A DNA stretch of 64,000 nt. It comes from the human T2T-CHM13v2.0 reference genome, Homo sapiens. The notes under the pieces are model-generated. The model was given only the letters and a program-made list of their open reading frames with translations, ran no database searches and had not been told where the DNA came from. This document shows, in pieces, positions 50,715-64,000 of this stretch (within the stretch, counting starts at the first letter, position 1; every line of letters starts with the position of its first letter). The stretch lies in the NCBI RefSeq assembly GCF_009914755.1, contig NC_060926.1, one strand, 5' to 3'. The position numbers were made by a program, and so were the translations under genes.

Positions 50715-52369
50715 CTACTAGCAAGTGATAGTAACGAAGCAAAACGAGGTTTCTGTGTATTTTAAATACATTAGCCAAATTTAATGTCTGTTTCAGAAAA
50801 GCTTCTAAATTCTAATGCAATGGGTTCCTTCAGTTCTTTATTTGGTCTTGCCATGAGTATCAGGCACAATTCAATTAAGTTTGATGAGACATAGTATTTC
50901 AAAAATAAATTATTCTTGCCTAAAACAATATTTTAGAAATCATGACCAATGAATGAAATAAACATTGGAAAATAATTATATATACAGATTAAAAAGGAAT
51001 TTTATTTATTCAACAAGGTTCCTATGTCTAAACTGGAGAAAAGTATAAATGTAGACAGTTAAATGAGCAATTATGTAACGGAAAATAAAGACAGACTGAG
51101 GAAGAGACTTATTTAAGGTTTGACTTCAAAAGAAAGTCTAAAATTATCTTTTACTTTATCTTCTTAGTGCTTCATAGAGGCAATACTAAATATTGATAGT
51201 GAAAAGATAACCAACGGCATTAAAACCACTGAAGAAATCATTTGCAAATAGGATCCCTTCAAGTCACCTTCCCAGTAACATATCCACTACGCTCCAAAAG
51301 GCCTTTTTCATTTCAGAACACTCCTAGGCACCATCCTGGTTTGCATTCTTTCTAGACTATTAGCAAAGTCTTGTGCAGAGTGAAAAGTTTGCAATATCAG
51401 TTTGAACACTAAACTGAATTAATATCTTTTTATATTCTGAGTTTATTTTGCATATCATTATTCCTGTTTAATAAATTAGAATAATCAAATACAAATGCAA
51501 TCAGAGGGAATATTATTAGCAACAAATACTTCTTAATCCAAGAGGATACTTGTCATTGTTTATTTCTACTATATCAATGGTCTTATACTTTAAGTTAACT
51601 GTGCATTTCAAAGAATTTCTTATATATCTTCCATGCCCCTAAAAAATATTTGACAATTTAAAACAGAATAAAACACCTCTTAAATCAGTGACACTGATGG
51701 GAATTCCAATGTTCTCATACAAGATTATTATTCTGATAAGTAGCAAGAAAGAAAAATTCTTTTTCAAAGAAAAAAGTCCTATCTGTTTCATAATAGGGGG
51801 AAAAAAAGAGAGTTGGAGGTTCTACCAGGAAGAGGAATACTCTAAAGTTCTTCAGTATGACATAATAATTTATTGCAGAGAGAACTGGAAATGAATTCAT
51901 TGAACACACCAAGTGTTTCAGTCCTGTCTGAAGCAGTTATGCACGTATAGACAAAGGCTTCTGCAAATAAAGCAGTACAAATAGGAGTATTAAGCCAGGA
52001 GAAAGGTTTGCCTGAGTAAACTTGGCATTTAAAACATCCTCAGGTTTTCATGGACAACATCTCAGGTCCTCTCTCAAGCAGCCCATCTTCATTCAGGTTA
52101 ACATAAATGCATTTTAATAGCAGAGTTAGCCACATAAATTCTGCATTACCATACCACAAGCAACAAACAAAAAAATAGAACTAAAGTACATGTCTTCATT
52201 AATGTTTGTAAAATGTTTTTTTAATCAAAAGGACTTGAAAAAAGTTTGAATTTCCACCTTTATTTGATTATAAATGTGGATGTATGGGTAGTGTGTGCCC
52301 TGGGAAGGGGGAAGCAATAGAAGCTAGGTCCAACCAGTTCTCTGTTCCTCTAAATTGTGATTCACCTCT

Positions 52370-52829
52370 ATAATGGATACTGTTGGTACCACACCCACAT
52401 CGCCTTTATTAGATGGAATTCCCATCACCGAGATGCTGTGAGTCTTGGCAGATAACTCACAGATGCCCCTTCCTTCTCTGGAGAATTGCTATGGACCAAC
52501 TAGGAGCTGCCTCTCCCACCCTCTTTAGAGAAGGCTACCCTCCCACCCTCTTTCAAAGGCCAACCATAACCAATGACTGACCTACCTGGAGGTACAGAAA
52601 GCCAGCCTACTTGCCTCCAGAGAGGATCAACTCTATGATACCTTTGCACTCTGGCCTTTCCCCATGGGAGCAAACCATGGCCAGTCTCCACTGACACTTT
52701 CTTGCTTACACATTTCCCTTCCTCTATTTGGCTTCCTTCACAGCCCTCCCTCTGAGAGCACCTCCCAACAAATCTCTTGTTTAGGAATCCCTGTCTCAGC
52801 TTTGTTTCAATAGAACCTACCCTAAGATA
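52370..52829 (+). mobile_element. ERVL LTR (LTR33/LTR16-like)
   Basis: 3' end ctgagagcac...gaatccctgtctcag...cctaagata. Confidence 0.6.
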
Positions 52830-55521
52830 ATCTACAAGCAATCTTACCCGTAATTTTCAAAAATAGTTTAAATCTTTTGGTAAATGGAGAAGTACTCCTA
52901 AATTAATTTCTTTGATGATATCTCATACTGAGTGGCAGTGCAAGATTGTGGCTGTCCTCAAAGAGAAAGTGAAAATGGCAAACATTTACAAAAATGCTTT
53001 CCAAATAGAAGCACACATTAAGCAGTGTACATTGCTATAAATAAATATAGCAGCAGAAGAATTTGTGGCACTCAGTGCATTTTTATACATTGCCTGAATG
53101 TATTAATTAGCTGCCATTTTAGTGACAATATTAAACCACTTAAACATATGAAATGATCATAAGACATTAAAGTCAGATATTTCAAAGCAAGCATGCCATG
53201 AACTGTCACCATATCCATTTTGACCTTCTTGTTGATTTTAGAAGCCTCACATCCCAACAGTTTTTTCCAGTTACCAAAATTACTCAAATTGCAAGTCACT
53301 TTTTAGTACATGTAGAATAAAAATTTAAAAAACATGCTTAAAGGAAATGATATATAAATACTCACAATATTATTATTTTTAGGTTATGTATTTATAGCAG
53401 TTTCCAGAGCTGCAGCCTTAAATATTGGAGCAAATATTCACATAGGCAGTAATAATGAAACAGCCCTGCATCTCCATTAGAATGCTGCATTTGAGGAAGG
53501 GAGAAATCTCCCTCAGCTACATACATACCCTACGTATATACTGAGCCTTTGAATAGTAAAAATCTAAGAATATTTAAACATAGTAGTCTCATCACAATAA
53601 CAAAGTAGCCACTTCTGAGGAACATGCACTTTGAACTTCTAAAATAAAATCAGATTCAATATATTTGCATTTCCAAGTGTAAATGTGGACACTTTTTAAA
53701 TCAAACCTTCATCTTTTTTGTATAGAAAAATCTATATCAAATAGCTGAAACTAAGGTTAGGTTTTACCTTTCAAAGTTCTTGTTGAATTCAACTGCTTTG
53801 CTGGTGATTCTAATGACAGAACTAGCTAAATTGCACAGACAGTGAAAAATATTCTCATCTCTTATCTACTTTCTGAATTTGAAAAATGACTCTACGTCAA
53901 AAGAAAATTTTAAAGAAAACTTTTAAAGTGTCCTAAGCTTTTTGCAATTTACAAAAAAAAATCTTTAGACAAAAAATCTTTAGCAGTTCTCTGCAATTTC
54001 TATTCCTTTTTGTCCATCTAAACTTTCTAATTTAAAGTGCTTTAGAATGTTCATCTTTATCGTAGCCTGCCAAGATTTTACAATTTGTAAGTTTATTGAG
54101 TACTTTGAACACTTCAGGGAATTTCAGCCTACAAAAGGTGAGGTATTTACCATTCAATTCTCATTCACCATCCCCTGCCCCACAATATAGTATCGATCAC
54201 AGATATCATTTTATTATGATTTCTCAGGAAGTGAGACAAAACAGATAATTCAGAAAACAACAACAGAGCTGTAAAAATTCACCCTGACCCAAGCCAATTG
54301 TCTCCCTAATTCTACCTGTTTGAATTATTCCAAAAATCCTAAAGTGACTCACAATTAACTTAGCTACTAGTGGTCCTCATAGCCATGTTTAAACCACTTT
54401 CCTTGGGTTCTGGTTCCGTGACATTCAAATACATTTAGGGGTGGAGGGCAGACAATGGTGCTAAACAGGACACATACAGGTAACAGATACTTTAACAACA
54501 GAAACAAGTTTATGAAACTAAACATTGTGGTTACAAACTGGCTGAAAGCTGTTTTATGTTTTCTCAGAGAAAGGGAGCTTTCCAGGCAAAATGGTAATTA
54601 GTGCCTCCTGAAGCTAGCTGATGCAATAGTGAACCTGACCTGAAGAAAAACTCATCTCTTAAAGCAGAACAGTGTTAGGGGACACCTACTGCTCCTTCAC
54701 AGAGAAGTAGGAGTGCAGTGAGCCACCATTCAATTAATGTGGATGACAGACCATCCTCTTGTCTGGCTGCATCGGGTCTGACCCTCTGTAATATACAACT
54801 TGACTTCACCTTTCAATTTTTTCTTTCCAAGACAGAACCATCCAAACACCCAATCTAATCAGCCTGGTTTCTTCATCCACCAATGATCCCAGCCCAGGCC
54901 CACTGTCCAGATATAAATCTGTCTGATTTTCAGTCTGGTTTATAGGAGGCTCCCTGCTCCCAGACCCATTTCTGACCAACAGAATCTGATCTTCCCTGGG
55001 TATGCATCTTCTATTCCTCAGAGATCCATTCCCACCTCCACAGTCCCTGGCTCTACCAGTCTGGCTACTTAGCTGGAAGGTGACAACCAGAATAAAGTGA
55101 ACTTTCACTAGCAAGGTCAAAATCCATTGAAACAAACAATTAAAAAAAAAGTGACCTATAGGATAAAGCCAAAACTTGTGCCAAATTCCAAAGCCTCATT
55201 CTTCTGAAGAATGATGAAAAGATAGCAGGGTTCTAAAAGTGATGGCTTTGGGAATCCGGTCAGAACAGGAGGCTAAGAGATTTATTTGGAAGTTGCATTT
55301 TCCAAATAGCAAGCATATTGCTTTTACTTAGATTTTTTTTTAGAGAAGTTTACATAGAAAGCTCATTTTTTTTTTTTACTTAGAATGTATATTTTTTGGA
55401 AGTAGAATAGTAGGGATGATGGCAAGCCTCTTAAACCACTCTTTGTCTCTGAAACATCCATCCAGCAGTAGTTTTCTAGTGGAAGTTTTAAAATAACATG
55501 ACCGAGATAAAATAGCCTTTT

Positions 55522-55814
55522 ACTGTTTTTTTTTTGGAGACAGGGTCTCGCTGTGTCACCCAGGCCAGTGTGCAGTGGCGTGATCATGGCTCATTGCAGC
55601 CTTGAACTCCTGGATTCAAGCAGTCCTTCTGCCTTAGCCTCCCACAGAGCTGGGACTACAGGCACTTGCCACCACACTCAGCTAATTTTTTATTTTCAGT
55701 AGAGATGGGGTCTTGTTCTGTTGCCTAGGCTGGTCTTCTTCTGAGCTCAAGCAATCCTCCCACCTCGGCCTCCCAAAGTGCTGGAATTACAGGCATAAGC
55801 CACAGCACCTCACC
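55522..55814 (-). mobile_element. AluJ
   Basis: TSD taaaatagcctttt at 55508 and 55815. Confidence 0.88.
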
Positions 55815-55915
55815 TAAAATAGCCTTTTAAAAGTAAGATGTAATTGCTCAACCACCCCATATGCTAAGTTTTTAATAATTACATTCATCATAAGAAGTGT
55901 AAGGAAAAGAAAACT

Positions 55916-56435
55916 GTAGCAGACATTGCTCCCACCCCTGCTCCTGCCCACCAGAATGCTGACTTTATTCAAGATCCACTCTCCTCCATCCACACTTGGC
56001 ACTGCTTCAGGAAAAATGAGCCCCATCTCCAGCCCTGGCAGTGAATCTGGATTGATTTTCAGCTATTCACAAACACCCATTCACAAACTTCCTGTTTCTC
56101 CAACAAGTGTTTGGTAGGAACAGGGACAAAAGATCGAATTCTGGCCAATGAAATGTGAGGGGAAGTCCTCTGGGGCAAAGGTTTCCTAGCTCTTAAAAAG
56201 AGTCACAAAGAAAGAAGGAAGGTCCCTCTCTGCTTCTGGACATTGTTATGCAGAACTGTCTGGCAGGAAGTCATCTAAATTGCAAGAAGGCTGGGCAAGA
56301 GAATGCAGAACACCAGACCTCACTGTACTTGGACTTTTCTACCTCTAGACTTCTTGTTAAATAAGAAATTCCTTTATTATGTAAGTTACTTTGAGTTGGA
56401 TTGGGTATTCTCTTATAGCTAAAGATAATTTGACA
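55916..56435 (+). mobile_element. MLT1-type MaLR solo LTR
   Basis: Starts tgtagcagac, contains ttctggccaatgaaatgtgag, ends ...tgaca. Confidence 0.6.
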
Positions 56436-59400
56436 GCAAACTGAAAAAGAGAAACATGACTTTTTAAACATAGCATCTTAATATTGCTTTGGAAGAAAAG
56501 TACTATGAAAGGATGTAGAGATGAAAGAGATATAGACCCAACATGGGGAGAGACCAGCATCTAAAGTGATGAATACTCTGCAGCTGATTGTGGGCAGACC
56601 AATGATGTTCAACACCAAGGGCCATTTTTAAGACCAGAAAAACCCCCTCAAACTCAAATGAATAGAATCAGTGAAGACAAGATCATCTAGAAATACATTA
56701 TTTGCTCTATGTTTTAAATCCTTATATTGAGCCAAAATCTGTCTCCATGTTACCATTTTATTCTTCATTTTTGGGGGGACAAGAACATTTTAAAGTGCAG
56801 TAAAGTTGAATTAAATAAAATTACCTTATATAGACATTATGACTCAATTTTCTAAGTCCAAAAGCAAGAGTAATAAAATTGGCCTACTTCTTTGGGACAG
56901 TATGAGGAAAATTTTAATTAGCCATCATAAGGTCTTCTGAAATTTTAATTGCCACATAAAATGTCATAATGTCATCTCAAACCAACCATAAGTAATCACT
57001 AAGAAATTATAAGAATGAATTAAAAGAGTGATGGTTCTTCTCAGTTTATTTTTTAGATATTAGCAATGTTCAACTTTATGTTTTCTGATAGGCACTAATA
57101 CGGCAAATAAACATAAACCTGGGAATGGTGTAGTTATTCTTACATTACTTGTTCTCCATAGTGTTCGTTCTTATGGTTACCTCAAAAGATTATATTTTAA
57201 CTGCAATTGGACTTCAAGGTACAAAGAATAGGGAAAAGTTGTTGTCATGAACAATTGGTTTGTTATATAAAATAGGTGTTAAAATTCTTCTCATGTTAAA
57301 ATTTGACAATCTTGTCCATAGAAATTTTAATCTTGGCTTTGCATATAGCTACACATATTTTATTATTTTTACAATATATTCTTTCTGTATTATCCAATAA
57401 CAAATGTCAGTTGTCCTAGACACAAACCCATCAAGCTGCTGTTTCCATTTTCTTCAATCATATTTATCCAAATTAATTTGATTTCACACCCAGTGAAGAA
57501 TAGAAACCCCTTATAAATGATTTTCACCTCTTCATCATATAAAACCCAGATTTTTCAGTTTCCTGAAGTATTGAAAATGTAGCCTCATGCACCATTACAT
57601 TGTGCAGTCACTAGCTAAAACAATTACATTAAAAAGGCAGGTGAAGCTGCAGTGATATTACTAATAAAGACTTAAACTAGGTATTTAAGCCGCTATTCTT
57701 AAATACCTAGATATACTTTTCACAAATACATAACATGCAAATAAATATAACTAAGCAAAGGTAAACTCTAAGACTAGTTTTTGAGGGTATCCTGCAGAAA
57801 GTGAACCCTTTTTTCCCTTGAAAAAAGGCACTCCACCATATCTAAGAGAATTTAAAATGTTTTATTCCCACGACAAACTCAAAGTAGGTTGAATAAACAC
57901 CAAATGTGGTTTTTGGTGTTTAAAGGAAGAGTATAAAACCATAAAGTAGTTATTATGAATGATGTATTTTAAGAGACAGCTACTAAAGATATGTGACAAA
58001 AATAAAATCATGGTCCACACTATTACCCACTCCTTCCAAAAATATAAACCCCAACATCAAGTTGGACAAGAGAAAATGGGAGCTGCAGTGACCCAGGATG
58101 TTGGGTGAGGGGTCATCTAACCAACGAGACTACGTGAACACTGGAAGATAAGGTAATTACGCTGCTGTTTCTGGGAACTTCTCTCCTTATTAATCACCCT
58201 TGGCACACAACCAGCTCAGACTGGAAGTGCAGAACCTGAGACTGGACATGCCCAGGCACTGAAACTTTCCAACAGCTCTGAGAGTTCATTCTCAGAGAAA
58301 AATGCCACATGGGAATTAGGGCTCCAATGTTTTAACTTGTTGTCACCTCATCAAGTAAGCAAATGTCAGTTACCTATTATACCCCTTTCCCTCTCTTTCT
58401 TCTGTCTTGTATTCATCAAGCAACGGTCATATATGTAAGCATTTGTTTATTTCACATATTTTTAAAGACAATTATGTGAAGCCACACAGTGTTTCTTGAG
58501 TGTTGCCTTCTGATGCTGACTTTTATCCATCTCATCTTTATTAGCAATAGAGTTTATTTTGAAATATGGTTTATTTTGAAACAAGGGAAGAGTCAGGTTT
58601 ATTATGAAAACTATGCATAGATTTCTCTTTTGGCAAAACTTTCACATAAGGACAGTGAAAGAGCTATGCTACACAAATAAATATTGAAAGAGAGAGAAAG
58701 AACATGAACGTGACACTGATGATATTCACACATGACGGCAATCTCCAATGCCCTGATCTCCAAGTACAGATGAACCAAATAATATAAAGTCTACTAATGA
58801 AAACATAAATTGTTTTTACTTGTCTGGAAGGCAATTTACCAATGCTACCAAAAGTCTTAGAATTTTTCATGCCCTTTGACTCAGCAGTTCTATTTCTAGG
58901 AGTTCATCTTAAGGGAATAATTATAGAACTACTCAAAATATGGTGACAAAATTGTCTATTCCAAGTTTTTAAAACAATTATCAAAATGTGGTAAAAATAA
59001 TTGTCCAAAAATAGGAAATTGGTTAAATGTATGTGATACAGTCATACATTGTAATACTATCCATCTAATTTAAAAATATATTGTAAAATAATATTTAATA
59101 CATGACCTAAATCATAGAAGCAGCTCAGTAACCATTTATTGAAAAAAGGAATGACACTGGATATGATTCAAAACAGGAAAAATCAGTAGATATGTGTATA
59201 GTTTTTTTTCATTTTTATAAACAACATTCATACATCTGAAATATATAAAATGTTACCAAAGGATATATCTGAGTGTTGGAAATTTAGATTAATTTTTAGT
59301 TTCTTCTCCAGTTTTCTAACTGTATTTTAAAAATTTTCTTTAACAAATAGAATTATTTCTGTATTAAGAGAAATATGCACAAAAGGAAAAGCTCATAGAG

Positions 59401-59945
59401 CACTAAATAGTTATCTTAAAAATTACTAATGAGTAGAATAAAGCTACTAACAAGTAGGGTAAATTCAAATAGTTTAGTTGAGAAAATATAAAACTATGGG
59501 CATCAGCAATGTACATACAGAGGAGAAAATTGTTAAATCATTGTGGGTTTTAAATAGCATTCAGAGTCAGATCTCGAATAATAATAGAATATTAATTATA
59601 AACTAACATTATAAAATTTAATATACCTATTAAACTATAAAGTAGAAATTACTTGCCATCATTCTTTAGCTTTTTCCACATATTGACTTCATATCTGACA
59701 TAGCTAAATGGAGCATCAGACAATTATGTCTCATCTATATGGTTAATTCATCCAAATGTTAGGAAATTAAAGCCACAATCTCATCTGAGTCTCAAACAAG
59801 CAATTAAACTTGTCTTCATGTTACTGATGAAATACAGCCCAAATAGAATCTAAATAGCTTCACAAAAACACTGAATAAAGAAAGAGGTTCAATTGTAGTC
59901 AAATTGTTTTTAAAATGTGTTTCAGTAAAAGAGATCATCCTTTAA

Positions 59946-60270
59946 AGCTGTGCTGTCCAAGATGTTAGCCCCTAGCCACATGTGGCTTAAAAATGTGGCA
60001 GTCCAAATTAAGATGTGTTCTAAATATAAAATGCTGACCAGATTTCAAAGACTTCATATGAAAAAAGAGAATGTAAAATATCTCATTAATTGAAAAATAT
60101 TGATTGTATGTTGAAATTATAATATTGTGGAACTATTGCATTAAATAAGACACACTTTAAAATAAATTTCACCTTGTTCTTTTTACATTTTTAATACAGC
60201 AACTTGAAACTTAAAATTACATATGTGCTCACATGTATAGCTTTTATCATATTTCTATGAAATGGCAACC
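59946..60270. mobile_element. MER33-like hAT-Charlie
   Basis: gctgtccaa...tagccacatgtggc...aaatatctcattaat. Confidence 0.7.
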
Positions 60271-60339
60271 TGTTTTACCAGCTGATACTGGTACTCAACC
60301 TGATTTACCAGCATCCTGGCATGTGTACATTCTTGAAGC

Positions 60340-60555
60340 AGTGTGGTAAGCGGGGAAAGCTCTCTATTCAGATGTGCAGAAGAGATGTAATCTTGCCCAA
60401 CCATTTACCATGTCAGAGACTTTGGGGAAATTGCTCACCTTCCTTTGAGCTATAGTTTCTTCATCTGTAAAACAGAGCTTTTAAGATGGGGTAAACTGAG
60501 GGTTAAAATCATTTGTATTTATCAGATCATGTAATAGGTACTCATTAAATATCAA
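60340..60555 (+). mobile_element. MIR
   Basis: Core agtttcttcatctgtaaaa. Confidence 0.6.
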
Positions 60556-60668
60556 TGGTCTCCTCTTCACCCTTTAACTTAGATTTTTAAAAACATGTAT
60601 TTTTGCTTTAAAAAATAGAAAGTAAAAATATGCCAAAATTATGTCTAATTTCACCACCTGGGAATAAC

Positions 60669-60964
60669 TTTTTTTTTTTTTTTTTTTTTTTTTTGAGATA
60701 GGGTCTTACCCTGTTGCCCAGACTGGAGTGCCGTGGTGTGATCTCAGCTTGCCTCCCAGGCTCAAGCGATTCTTCTGCCTCAGGTTCCCAAGTAGCTGGG
60801 ATTACAGGCATGCACCACTACTGCCCAGCTAATTTTTGTATTTTTAGTAGAGACGGGGTTTCACCATGTTGGCCAGGCTGGTCTTGAACTGTTGACCGAA
60901 AATGATCCACCCATCTTGCCTCCCACAGTGCTGAGATTACAGACATGAGCCACTGCACCTGGCC
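60669..60964 (-). mobile_element. Alu (Jb/Sz-like) with a small internal deletion
   Basis: Poly-T and dimer; lacks cactgcaacctc. Confidence 0.85.
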
Positions 60965-61579
60965 CAGGATAACTATTTTTATTGTTTATTTGGGTGAATA
61001 ACATTTCAGTCTTTTTTCTGTGGCTATATATAGATGTAACGCTTTCAGAAGGAAAGAAAAAAAGAAAGTCCATGTTCTATAAACTATTTTGTGGCCTGCT
61101 TTTTAATTACATAGCAACATATTCAAACCATTTGTGTCATTAGAAATATCCTTTATATAATCATTAATGTCAGTGTAGTATTCCACTGTGTGGATATATC
61201 ATACTTGATGAAGCTCATTCCCTATTTGCTGGCTCTTTAGGTAGTTTTGAAGATTTTGCCATCACTAAGGAGAGAAAATTTAATGTTGAACACCCCTGAA
61301 GCCAATATCCACTTTATGTCTCTGATTATTTCCTTAAAGATCATATCTAAAGAGACAAAGAGTACTCACATTTATAAAGATTTTTGATGACATGGTGTCA
61401 GACTTCCAAATACACCAATTATATATTAAAATGCTCATTTCTCCCATACCATTTTAAACTCTGGACACAATGTTTTACATTTTATAGGAAAAAAATTGAG
61501 TATTTTTTAAATTTTCATTGCTTTGATGAGTAGAGAGGCTTTTATAACTTTCTTAGTCATTTGCATTTAGAATTACCAG

Positions 61580-63265
61580 CCAGAGTTCCACAGACTGCCA
61601 CCATGAACATCTATTCATTCCCCTCCCAGCATCTGCACCATATACTCTGCAACCTCACCTGTTAGAGTAGCAGATGAACCATCTGTGCTTATTCCTCCAC
61701 TTGTGTACTAAATCCCAACTCTCCTTACAACTCCAAGGCATCATTCAGCAATTTCCCTCTCGCCTGCATCTTCAGAGTTTATCCTTTACTAGATTACTCT
61801 TACTAGCATCAAACACACTGCTACGTCTCCTATTTGAAAAAAAAAAAAAAAGCAAATAACTACATAAAAGCCTGGCCCTACTTGCCTACTCTCCTTTGCA
61901 GAAAAACTTCTCAAAATAGTTATCTGTACACATCATCTTCAATTCCTTTCCTACGCATTCCAATCTATTCCATCAGGCATTTGCTTCCACTTCTTCAATG
62001 AAGATTGAACCTCCATCTAAAGCCACCAACAACCTCTATTAAAGCCAACAGTCAATTATCAGTGTATTTTACTTACCAGCAGCATGTATTCAATGGACTG
62101 ACCACTTCCTCTTCACTTGCCTTCCAGGACACTACACTCTCTTTGTTTTCATATCTCACAGACATTTTCTCAGTGTCCTTTGTTGGCTCTTCCTCTTGTC
62201 CCTGACATTGTAATGTTGGCAGGCCTAAGGGATCAGTCTTTGATTTTCTCCTTTCTCTCTTTACTCACTACTTTAGTGATCACATCCAATCTCATGCTAA
62301 TGACTCATATCCATGTAATTCCAGTCAAGAGCTCTTTCCTGAATTCCAAACCCATATAGCCAACTGCATCCACACAATCTCTACACAGATACCTAATGGC
62401 ATCTCAACCTCATCGTGTCCAAACCTCAACCCCGGATTTTCTCCACAGCCAAAGCTTGCTTCACATACGGTGTTCCCCATCTAAGTTGATGGCAACTCCA
62501 TCCTTCTAGTTGCTCAGTCCCCAAAAAGCAACTATTTGGAACTATTCTTGTTGCTCTCTTTTTCTTACATGGCTCATTGAATCTGTCAACAGGTGCTGTT
62601 GGCTCTGCCTTTAAAATATATCCAAGAGCTGAACTGGATTACTTTATCTAAGTGTCCAACATCTTCTTGCACTTCTACCCCCCAGCCCCACAGTTTATCT
62701 TAAACACAGTAACTGCCAAAGTGATTCTGCTAAACATAAGTCTGATTTTGTCACTCTGCTCACTTCTGCTCAACACCTTCCAACAGCTTCTCATATCACA
62801 CAGAGTAAAAGCTGAAGTTTTAAAAATGGCTACAAGGCTCTAAATGTCCTGCCCCCCATCCATACCTCTATGACCCCACCTTCTACTACTCTCCAGATCT
62901 GTCACTCTGTTCCTGCCACACTGGCCTCTTGCCAGGCATACTCCCGCCTCAGTAAACATTGACTGGAATATTTTTACCCAAATATCTGCAGGACTAGTTC
63001 TCCCAACCCCGTCTTAACTTTTATGTCACTTTCTCAACCAGGCCTACCCCTAAACATCTACTTAAAATTACAGTCTGCCACCAGAACCCCAACACTTTCT
63101 ATCTCTCTTACTTTGTATTTTTTCATAGCACTTATCACCTTCTAACACTACTGTGTATAATATACTTATGTATTATGTTTATGGTTTTCAGCATGTTTCT
63201 GTTTCATGAGTACACGAATTTTTGTATATTTTATGCCAATAAATGTTCAATAAATATTTGTTGAA
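61580..63265 (+). mobile_element. L2a long fragment
   Basis: Pyrimidine-rich L2 body ending tcaataaatatttgttgaa. Confidence 0.7.
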
Positions 63266-63299
63266 AATACGAAGGATAAGTCAGTCATATCTTCATCTC

Positions 63300-64000
63300 A
63301 TTTGCTCCATTTTCCTTTTGGCTGTTCACCATTCAATTAACTTGCAAAATGTCTTTATGCATTAGGGATTTTAATCATTTGTACCTGATATGTTGCCAAC
63401 ATTTTCCTGTTACTTCATTTTTACCCTTGTCAATTTTTTTCCTTTAAAAATTTTTAGAATAGAAACAATACTCATATGGTTCAAAATTCAAAAAGTTTAA
63501 TGAAAGAGGATACAATAAAAATTCTTTCTCACACCTACTCCCCCAGGCATCTGGCTCCCCTCCCTCAAGATGAATGTTATCAATTTTTGTGTATTGTTTC
63601 AGACATGAAAAAGCAAATATATAAAAATATATATGTTTGCTTTTTCCTGTTTTACACAATGTAGACTGTGCATTGCTTTGATTACTTAACTATATACCTC
63701 ACCCTAACCCTTACATATTGTTCCATGTCAGTTAATATAAATTTTCACAATTTTTAATCTGCAAAATAATATATTCTGTGTATGTACAATAATCTATAAA
63801 ACTAGTTCCTATTGATATTAAGGTTTTTGCTCAATCTTTCACTACTGCAATGAATAACTGTAAAAATAAATCAGTGTATACATATTCAAGCACATTTATA
63901 TGATATATTATTGAGATTTAGAGGCTGTCAGGACAAAGGGCATATGCTTTGTGATCTGGGAAGTCCTGCTGATCTGCTCTATAGAAAAGATTCACCAGTT
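63300..64000 (-). mobile_element. Old L1ME fragments
   Basis: Antisense L1 3'UTR motifs; approximate. Confidence 0.5.

Overview
Primate (almost certainly human) AT-rich, repeat-dense genomic DNA from inside CCDC148, which is on the minus strand. Only two coding exons lie in the window (50505-50643 and 46180-46386); the rest is intron. Main insertions: a full-length but inactive L1PA3 that still carries the ZNF93-target segment of its 5'UTR (14927-21072, +), a complete THE1A MaLR provirus (23696-25935, -), a THE1C solo LTR, an old-type SVA between the two exons (46667-48297, -), about a dozen Alus, and many old L1M/L2/MIR/MER fragments. I found no novel gene system. The most interesting signals are atypical insertion or repair scars (a tailless internal L1 ORF2 fragment, a 197-bp templated copy, a triplicated Alu target site, a 51-bp L1) and retroelement promoters, splice sites and poly(A) signals oriented to reshape CCDC148 transcripts. 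Repeat subfamily calls and the gene name come from recalled consensus and protein sequences, not from a database search.
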